NCBI GenBank assembly: GCA_015680685.1
Contig: MNCI01003473.1
Coordinates: 196,835 to 260,834, forward strand
DNA: 64,000 nucleotides
Direction of reading: 5' to 3'
From: Gnetum montanum
Taxonomy: Eukaryota > Plantae > Gnetophyta
The translations under genes and the position numbers were made by a program. Positions 54,601 through 64,000 of the stretch are shown one piece after another; the stretch's first letter is position 1; each line of letters opens with the position of its first letter. The notes beneath the pieces were generated by a model that worked only from the letters and a program-made list of their open reading frames with translations, was not told the DNA's origin and did no database searches.

Positions 54601-56808
54601 GGGATAACCAACTTCAACTGGATAGGATAGTAGGGTATAACCAACATGGAAGTTGATCCAAGAGCAAGTTAGGGAATGAGTTTGATGCAATGAATGCATC
54701 TTAGATCCCTAAAACTTAGGAAAACTCAAGACCTTGAGTTTGTAAGACATTCTTACACCAAATGAAGCAAACCTTATGAGGTGATGTCTAGCCCAATTAA
54801 TCCTAGGAAGGGCCTTCCTAACAAAGTTATATGTGGACTCATATCCAAATAATAAGAATTAATTAAGAGGAGCAAAAAAGGAATAAATTTTTGTATATTA
54901 TTAAGTAAATAAAATTGTTACACTATTATTGATTTGCACCAAGTTATGCAATGTTAGGTGATTATCACAAATTATTTTATCAAAGCATATCAAGCCCTCC
55001 ATGTCTATAGATATTAATAATAGAGATCTAAACTTTTTGGAATTGTCAATATCAAGGAACAACACAGGTTTGATGTCTTCCTAAAAGTAAATTTGAGATA
55101 TATTGATTGTAGAAATTTGAATTAATATAATGTAAAAAAAAACATTTAGGGTATCAATTTAATTATCAATTTTATTTGAGATGTAAAATAACTAAGATAT
55201 TAATTCATATAGACTAAATCAATATGGATCGAGTAAGAAAAAAATTCATTCAATATCTCATGTCTAAATGGCATGGATTCAGTATAGTTTGATATGTTAT
55301 TTAGACATATCAATTCATATATATTAAATCAATGAGGATCAATATAATAGCAATTTTTCCAAGTGCCTTACGCATTATCAATGCAATCGTAATAAAAATT
55401 GACATATGAGAGCTTTGAACATTTTGTATATCAATTTATCTGGATCGATGTCATAATAAAAGTATATATATCATCTGATTATAATGTGTTATAGGTTAGT
55501 TTCTTTTGCAAAAGGATATAAGAGTGAATGTGATGTTTATGTCTATTGAATATTAGTTTTAGTTATTTTTGTAGCCACTTTATTAGCTATGTGTTATGTA
55601 GATTAACAATTGATATATATTTAGAAATTTATATATTTTTCACCTTAGTTAGTCAAGCATTGGCCAAAGGCTAGTTGTGGGTTGTAATAAACCCCCAATT
55701 ATTCTAGTTATTAACTTGTTAAGGCTTAACTTTTTATTGTTTACTATTTTACCTTATAAAAGATCATCAATTTTTGCGATAATTATCGATAAGTACTAAT
55801 TTCTTTATTAATTTTTTTTATTACAAGATACCACCAGAATTGATAGATATCGATAAGATAGAGATTGGCATCATAAATTTTGATATATTCTAAAGGTAAC
55901 CATATCGATCTACATAGCTAATATCAATTTAAATCGATATCATTAAACTAAAACAACCTAGACCTTCGAGTAATGTAGATATCAATCCATATCAAAGCTA
56001 CTATGCATATTAAGAATCGATAAAGATAGTAGCCATGATATAGATCAATAACATTTGACAAGCAAACTACACCACCTAGGAAATGGAGATATTGATCCAT
56101 TCTATGGGTGCGACCAAAATCTATGGTTGAAGAACATCAACAATGTGATTCACTTCGATACAATAGTATCAATCCTTATTGATTTCCTCAATGGATATTG
56201 ATATGTCTATTTTGTTAATGTTTTTTATTTATATTGTAAGCTCCTCTAGTATAAAAGAAAAAGCATCACACACAATGAGGGAGCATCCAAGGGCCAACCA
56301 AGGGATTCAATACTTGAGGGGAATATCTAGAGTCAATACGCATGAAAATACATGTTATGTTAAAATCAATTTCCCTTGAAGACTTGTTAAGTGAGGATTC
56401 GTTGAGCCTTGTGGAAACTATAAATCATTGGAGTCCATTGTTGGGCTATTGAGGTTGCTGCATTGTGGAAACAACAAGGTAGAATCACAGATTAGGTAAA
56501 GTCTCCCTTGTAATCCTCATAATCTATGCTTGTATTGATGATTTTAATTTGATTTAATCATTAATTTTCACTCAAGAACTTAAGATTAGAAATTAAGGTA
56601 AAAATTTATGGTTTTACTTATGAGTGATAGTCATAAGTGTGGGATTTTATTGGATTTGATTCTAATTTTTATTTGTCTTGATGATCTTTTTAGCTTTGAA
56701 TCATTCCTTTGCAGATACAACTCATGGGTTAGTCATAGACGAGGTAACATCTCTACAACGAAGATAACAATTAAGGTAACTCAACACCAAACTTTGGCTA
56801 GCTCATTA
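51613..56808 (+). mobile_element. Non-coding LARD-like element W (LTRs 51613-52758 and 55685-56808)
   Basis: Direct repeats of ~1.13 kb. PBS TTTGGCATCATTGCTAGGGA (decayed tRNA-Asp/Athila type) at 52760-52779. G-rich tract before the second LTR. The 2.9-kb interior has no recognisable coding motif. Confidence 0.85.
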
Positions 56809-57782
56809 GACATCTTGCCCAAACATTTCTATTAATAGAGCTAATGTATTAACTTAGAAGAAGATGTCTTAAGTTGATAGGAGATGTCTTGAGATACTAG
56901 TAGACTTCTTGTCTTCTATAGAGACGTCTTAGTCTTATCTAAGACATCTTCATTGAGATGTTTGGAAAATAGTCAAGACATCTAGGAGATGTCTAAGATA
57001 TCTAAAATAAGGCTAATACACTGCATTTTCAAGGGCTCTAAATAAATAGATTCATCTTAATATATTGGACCTCCCATACCTTTAACAAGTCTTCATTGAG
57101 TCTTGGAATAGACCAAAATCACCTTCAAACATATCAAGTACCTTGCAACCATCATAAACCAAGCAACACAAAAATATAAACACAAAAACACACATAATTT
57201 ATGTACAAACATATTAAGGATTAGAAGTTCCAATTACCACTTAAGACAATGGAGGAGAAAATAGAGTAGCTATGAGTTAAGCCTTAACATAAAAAGAAGA
57301 AGAAGTATACAAGAAGGAATTACAATCATCATAAGAGAAAAACAACTCTAGATGAATAAGTTGAAGACTATGATTTTGATGATAACAATTATGACATATG
57401 CTAATATAAAAATTTAAGGATTTTTATCTATTTATGTCATACCTTCAAGAGTTTGATGTTTATGCTCTAAATTCAAAATTCAAAATTTATTAAGAGATAA
57501 ATATCTAGGAGGTTACCTTATCCATAAAGTAATTAATGACAATCATACCACTAATAGCACTACTATCCTAGTGAGGCTTCACCATAACCTTAAGAGTATT
57601 ACCAATAGTAGTGGAAAAACTCATAGTCATTAGGGATGCCACCACTAAGGTAATAATATCCTTAAAAGACAACCAAATTTCTATGGATATTATGTCTAAC
57701 ATCCAATGTAATGAGGACATTACCTAGACCAATGTGTTATCCTTGCAACCATTGTGCCTTTTATTGGAGTTGTTGCATTTGC

Positions 57783-60700
57783 TAATGAGTTTAGATATCT
57801 TTTGACATGTTCATGATGTATCTAGAGCATTTTGGAACTAAGGGAAGATTGTTTAAGTAGTTTGAACTTCATGACAAACACCTCATCTTTGGCAAACATT
57901 CCTAGAAAGACATTAATCCAAGTGGAAGACATTTAATCTATAGAAAAAACATATACTTTATAAGAAATATGTCTTTTACTGTAGTGTCTACTTTTGTTAC
58001 AAGACATCTTTTGTATAACATGCCAATTTGAAAAAGATGTCTATTATTTGCAAAAGATGTTTACTCTATAAGCACCTTAGTTCAAGAAAGACATATTTTC
58101 CTCTTCAAAGATGTATTATCTAATGATATGATGTTTTTGTTGGTAAATTCCAAGAAATAATAATTTGTATTTTAAAGTACCATGGAAGAAAAAAGGTCAT
58201 TCAGAAGTATAAATAGGCATTAATGGCCTATTTTTGTAGAAGAAAGTAAGAGTTAAAAGTGAGAAGAGTGTAAGTAAGAGGGTGAGCTTGTGATAGGATA
58301 ATTGTGTATAATTTAATAAGAGCCAAGGGAGAGCAATTGAGAGAGGTTAATGGAGTCTCATGTGAATGCCTTCTTATCTTGATCTTTGAGCTTGACTGGT
58401 GAGAAATTTAGGGCTTGAAAGAGGGAAATGTATGACCTCTAAGATTCTTAGGAGGTTTGCATTGAGCTTAACTCCTCATTATTATTATAATTCTCTATAT
58501 TTTAAGAGTGAATTAATAAAAAATAATTTCTTCATTTTTTATGTTCTTATTTTCTAAGCTATTTTGATTGAAAAGGTTATGAAATGGATCCGTTTAGAAT
58601 CTACTAACGTAGCTTCTTATTAGACTAGTATTAGAGTTTAAGATTAAGAGGTCTCCACATGAATTATTCATCTACATAAAACTTTGGCATGAATTTTGAA
58701 GAATTGGTATACCTGCACCTACTTAAAGTTTGAAGTACTTAAGGCTAGTAAAGATTATTTTAATCTTGTAAGATCAAGTCCCTTTTTTGATCTTTGAGCA
58801 CCAATTTACTTGAAAAATTTTTCTTTGAAGTGAATTATTTTGGATATGTACTTTTGTAAAAAGTTTAGTTTCTTTTTCTTAAATGAAAGGAACATTATTA
58901 TGGATATTTGGCAATTTTCATATAAAAATCATCTTTTTGTTTTAATTTTTACCTTTATACCTATGAAAGATATGGTAACCAACTCTATTAGTGTGAAAAG
59001 GCTTAGATGGAATATGAAGGAATTAAAAGCTAACTTTTAGAATAGTTTGAGGAGAATTAAGGATGTAGCTTCTAGCCATCATAAAAATAAGAAAGATGTA
59101 AGAATTGATAAAGTAGATATCAATGAGAAAAGGAATTCTCAAGTATATCTTATTGAGCAAATAAGTGTTTAATATTTAAATTTTTTAAGGGAGGGAACCA
59201 AGAGCTTTGTCAAAGGGACCAAAAGATTTTCAAAGTCCAAGATGATATATGCTATTAATCAAGAAGAGTTCCTACCTCATAAGTCATGGGAGGTAAATGA
59301 TCAAAGCTAAAGGGGAGGAAAAGATTAAGAAGCTCATTTATCAAGGAATAAAGATAGCACTAGAAGATATGAAACCCATTCATTTTACAATTGTTCTATA
59401 TCCTATGAGAAGGGAAAGAAGATGTCAAGCTAAGTTCAAGTTATCTCAAGGGAGATAGCTAGTAGATGTTTTTATCTCAAGGCATGTGCAAGAATGATTT
59501 CTTTGATGAATCTGATGTTACATTTATGGAGGAGAGTTTACCTTTTAACCTGGTATCTCTAAATGGGATGAAGAACTTGATGGTCATTCTTTTGAAGAGG
59601 ATAAACCATGTGGAATATTAAAGATTTAAGCTTTAATGATGTTGGATAGCCACATGTTAAAGATAAAGTAGAACCAAAGTTGAATGAAAGAAGCCATGAG
59701 GAGGTAAGTCTAAGCTTTACCTTACAAATAGCAAAAATATCTCTAATGTGGAAGTTAGTATAAGGGATGCTAGTCTTCCACTTGCATTTGATAGTGGTAT
59801 GTTCAATTGTAATGATGTAATTCATGATCATTGTGTTTATTATGATGAACTTGAGGGTCATGTTGTGTATGATGTGAGCAATGTAACTTTAATGTCATTG
59901 TTAGTGAGAGGAAGTCTAATACTGATAATGATGGTCATTAATTTAGTTATTTTGAGAAGCTCATTAATATTTGTGAAAACATTAATAGTATATGATTTTA
60001 CAAAATTTTGAAATATTTTCTAGTGATCATAGCAAGAATAAATTTGATTATGTTGGTTGTGGTATATATGAGCAGCATGAAGTGGATCCAAGTAGATGTG
60101 AAGAAAAAGGTGAAGAAGAGGAAAAAGAAGGGGAGGAAGATTACTCAGTTAAGAAAACCTAATTTTTTTTCTTATTCTTATTCTTCATTTGCTACAAATT
60201 TGAGCTATTATGGGGATGCATCTAAGATATTCCAAGAAGATATTCTAAAGACGAAATCATGGTAGAGCCTTTAAGGGTAAATTTCAAGTCCATTCTTCTT
60301 TGTTGTAATTTCTCATTGTGTTGTGCACATAAAATGTACTAAAGTGTGTATGTATATGTATGTCTATGTGTGTAATACATAAATTGTACTATGTGTATTA
60401 TGTCTTGTGATGTGCATGGGATGGTGAAGATAAATGTGTAAGCTTCTATCATTCTCTTAATGTTGCGGTATGAGTGTGTTATTATTAGATGATAGACACA
60501 ATGTAGTGTGAGCTCCAATGATATAAGGTGTACTGTGATTTTTTGTGTGGTGGCTTATGTCAGGGGTAATTTTTATCCCAAGTGTAAGACCTCTTGTATT
60601 AAATTTAAAAGTCTTTTTAAGGAGAAGGATAATGATGAGGTCATTAACTATACTATTATGTTACCCCTATAATAATTGTACCTTTTCCTAGAGTTTTGGC

Positions 60701-61528
60701 ATGTTCTAATAAGTTCGGATATCTTTTTGCATATTCATGATGTATTCAAAGTATTCCAAAGCCAAGGGAACATTTCTTAAGAAGCTCAGGCTTTAGGATA
60801 GATGCTTCATCTTTGGTAGACCTATCCATAAAGATGTCTACTCCCAGTTAAAAGCATCTACTCTAGAGGAAAAACGTATACTTTATGAAAAAGACATCAT
60901 GCACTATAGCATAAATGTCTAAATCTATTACAAGATAACTTCAATGTAATATGCCAACATAGGAAAAACATCTACTATCTATAAAATATGTCTACTTTAC
61001 TAGCACTTTAGCTTGGGAAAGATACCTTTTCCTCTTCAAAGATTTCTTTTCTAATGATGATATGTTTTTATTAGTGGATTTTACTAGACATTAATTTATA
61101 TTTTAAAGTACTAGGAAAGATGAAAGATTACTTAAAAAGTATAAATGGGAATCAAGAGTTAATAATGATAAGAGTGCAAGTGAAAGGGTGAGCTTATGCT
61201 AGGATAATTCTATTCAATTGAGTGAGAGGAAAGGAAGACCACTTTAGAGAGGTTAAGAGAGTCTCTTATGAGTGTCTTCTTATCTTGAGCTTTGAGCTTC
61301 ATTAATGAGAAATTGAGTGATTAAGAAAGGAGAATCTATGACTTCTAAGATCTTTGAGAGGTTTAAACTAAGATTTTCTCATTATTATTGTAATTTTCTA
61401 TACTTTAAGAGTGAATTAGTAAAGGAATAGTTTCTTTGTTTCTTTATATTCTTATTTTCTAAGTCAAATTTTCTTATAAAAGTTATGGAATGGGTCCCTT
61501 TACAATTTGCTGAGATAGTTCCTTATCA
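57783..61528 (+). mobile_element. Short non-autonomous LTR element U (LTRs 57783-58622 and 60707-61528)
   Basis: Direct repeats of ~0.83 kb. Decayed iMet PBS TAGTATTAGAGT at ~58626. The 2.1-kb interior has a weak gag-like remnant (LRWNMKELKANF). Host X2 gag resumes after 61528. Confidence 0.78.
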
Positions 61529-61861
61529 CTGTGTCCATAAGTGGCTCTACCAGTCATGCTCTTACTTATCATTTCTATCCTTTAGAATTCCATAGATCCA
61601 TTACTTCTCAAACTAAATATTCATCTTACACTCCTCATCCTCATCAACACCTTCAACCTCATGCTCCTAACTATTTATGATCTATTATACCAACGCAATA
61701 TGAAATCCCTCCACAGCCATAACAATGGAATGTTATCTAAGCCAACAACATGCAAGTGGATGATAACTCTAGTAGTTCTGAGTGTAAGCTCTTAAAGCAT
61801 CTATTTTTAACACTAACTAGTCTACCTAAACCTCTGTAAGCATCCATGGCTATGGATCCCA

Positions 61862-63557
61862 TGAGGATTGTTGAACTTAGCAGGGGAAGTTGAATAAATT
61901 CTCCAAATCAAAAAATTCTTCAACATGAAAGCACACAAAATTTTATATGGTTTGCCAACTTTGGTGCTTCACACTCGAAGGGTAGATCACTTGCACACCT
62001 CTAACCTTTGTTGCTCTGAAATGTGGTTTGAAGGAAACCATACCTTGTACAAGCTCTAAGTTCCACTTTGAAGTGATTCATCTCAATGAAGCTACTCAAT
62101 CTTGCAAGGTCTTAATAAGCTTAGAATGTTGTTTCTAGGATCACACAACATTTATAACTTGAGCTCCACTCTAGAGTGTTGTGATGCTACACCAACACTC
62201 AATCTTGCAAGATCTTGACAAGCTCAAGGACAATGCCTTCCTAAAAGAAGCACATCAACCCTACAAGGTAGCAAAAGAGAAACAAAAATTACAAGGAAAA
62301 TATGTAATTGATTTTACTAATCCTTGTACTTTGAGTTACAACACATTTTGATCACTTACAATAGTACAAAAGATAGCACAATGAGGTACAACAACAATAG
62401 AATGATGTATATAATGATTGCTTATTGTTGACACCTGATAGTTCACAATACTTGCTCATTTTCTAATAGAATGAAGTCTTCTTATAGCCTATATGTTTTT
62501 GAAATTACCTTATAATTTGTGCAATGACTATCTAATGGTCATTAGAGACATCTTCTTTGAGACTGATATGTCTTTATGCATCAGACTTTCATTTGGGAAA
62601 GACATCTTCTTCACAAGGGAGACGTCTCTGAGGAGACGTTTTCTTCATAGGGGAGATGTCTACTATTTTTGAGAGACATTTTCTCTGGGCCTTCTTCAAT
62701 TCTAGCAAGAAATTTACTATTTTTTAAATATGGCTACTCTTCAAGGAAGATGTCTCTAGGCCCCAAAAATAAAACTACTCATTTTGATGCTGAGAGCCTC
62801 TAGATGCCTCCAACCAAATCCTCGTAGATTCTATAACCTCATAAACTCATTAAAATGAGCCTGAAACACTCCAAAATATGCCAAAAGATCCAAGAATCAT
62901 CCACAACAAAAATCAACACAAATAGACACATTTTTCTTGAATTCTTTGTATTTATCCATGATCCCTTTAGTTCTTGTGATCTTGGCTTTGCTTGTGAGTC
63001 CTTGAGGCCTTTGCTCTTGCTCTTGTAAACACAAAAACCACACAAACATCCTTTGTTTTTCATTTTTCTTAAGGTTTTGACATCCCAAAAGGTCAACAAT
63101 CACCCCCTTTCTAGTGATGTTCAAAACTTAAGAAAATGGGTTAGTAGACATGCAAATATTCAAATAGCCATAACTATCCTCTTCTCCTTTTTGAACAACA
63201 TCAAAAAGAATAAAGCATCAAAATCAAAACATATAAATTTCAATATTTATCATGATATTAGTTTAAATATATCCGTCAGATCCCAATGGTGCTCAATCAT
63301 AGCCATAACATAGTCACAAATGATATCCATAGTATCACAATCCAAATATATTTCCAAGTACATACATATTCATTGTATAAAAGATAGTACATACATATTC
63401 ATTGTATAAAAGATATATCATTTTTTATATAAATTAATTTCTAAGATATCTATATTGATCATAAGTATCTTGGGGATGTTTAACATATATTACCCAATCA
63501 TTTTCAAAAACTCCTAAAAGGTCTTCATAATAGAAATATGACTACCTCTTACTTCAA
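61862..63557 (-). mobile_element. 3' LTR (61862-63098) and adjacent internal sequence of a further Sirevirus-like element
   Basis: Family termini TGAGGAT...AAAAGGTCAACA. PPT at 63099-63110 and a second PPT-like copy at ~63180. Confidence 0.85.
63357..63414. repeat. Perfect 29-bp tandem duplication
   Basis: AGTACATACATATTCATTGTATAAAAGAT twice. Confidence 0.95.
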
Positions 63558-64000
63558 TGTAGTCCATATTAATAAGAGAGGGCTTGATGAGACGCGACCT
63601 GCATGTGCCGTGATATCGCATCCCATGCGATATCGCGTACGCGATATCGCGTCTTCCCCTACGATATCATGTATGAGATATCGCGGTCCACCGTCATATC
63701 TATAAATAAGAGGCGGCACTCCCTTCATTTCCCAATCCTGGCTAGAAGTAGCGAAGCTCTGGCAGATTGATCACTCCAGAGTTAGAATTTTTCCCATGTG
63801 CCTGCAGTAGGAGTCCTAGAGTGAACGGCTCTTTATTCGAGCAGCTTGTAACCTGAACCCAAGTTGTGTACGACAATAAAGACGAACTTGATTGGATAAA
63901 CCTTGCAGCACGTGGTTTCATTTATTGCTTTCATTTACTGCTTTCCTAGTGCGTTCAAGTACGACTTGATTACGAGCGTCTACGGACGTGTACAGCTAGT
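63558..64000 (+). mobile_element. Young CpG-rich LTR-like insertion
   Basis: Starts TGTAG with an abrupt rise in CpG. Palindromic GATATC array, TATAAATA at ~63700, AATAAA at ~63876. Confidence 0.7.

Larger units (their letters stand above)
51175..57207. mobile_element. Probable solo LTR V (~0.83 kb) split by element W
   Basis: TG...CA-bounded insertion interrupting X2 gag. Flanks GGTAT/AACAT differ only by transitions. Contains a (CT)n tract and AGACGTCT-derived repeats. Confidence 0.6.
47481..61861 (+). mobile_element. Athila-like element X2 (5' LTR 47481-49392, PBS 49393-49411, gag pieces ~50200-51174, 57213-57782, 61529-61861); probably continues beyond the window
   Basis: LTR and gag pieces are reverse-complement homologues of X1 (e.g. 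57550-57665 vs 24255-24380; 50640-50720 vs 25160-25240). Confidence 0.8.

Noticed and set aside
11495-63313. Recurrent short ORFs in LTRs or antisense to gag (e.g. 12076-12261, 17788-18015, 30850-31077, 52171-52437, 62839-63099)
   Set aside because: Their similarity reflects repeat homology. Frames are not conserved across all copies and show no protein motifs.
63985-64000. End of the young LTR at ...GTGTACA (63994)
   Set aside because: The following bases match neither the left flank TTCAA nor a clear PBS within the six bases available.

Overview
AT-rich plant heterochromatin made almost entirely of nested, decayed retrotransposons. No intact host gene is visible. From the left: the 3' end of a chromovirus (Tekay/Del-like) Ty3/gypsy element inserted into a LINE RT remnant. 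Next, a minus-strand Tat/Ogre-like element (Y) starts at ~6936 and appears to contain everything to the window end. Its 3' LTR is split by a 26-kb Athila-like element (X1, itself holding two pol-less Sirevirus-like insertions) and by a 5.8-kb LTR element (Z). Its 5' LTR is split by a second Athila-like copy (X2) holding further insertions. The most striking observation is element Z (33725-39531; two LTRs, iMet PBS, PPT, perfect CAAAA TSD). It shows no recognisable gag-pol but carries an intronless, single-frame, sense-oriented CCR4/nocturnin-family deadenylase (EEP) coding sequence, disrupted only by point-mutation stops. The window shows strong CG and CHG deamination decay except for one young CpG-rich LTR at the right edge. 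All calls come from manual reading and motif recognition, not database searches. Element names X, Y, Z, U, V, W are my own labels.
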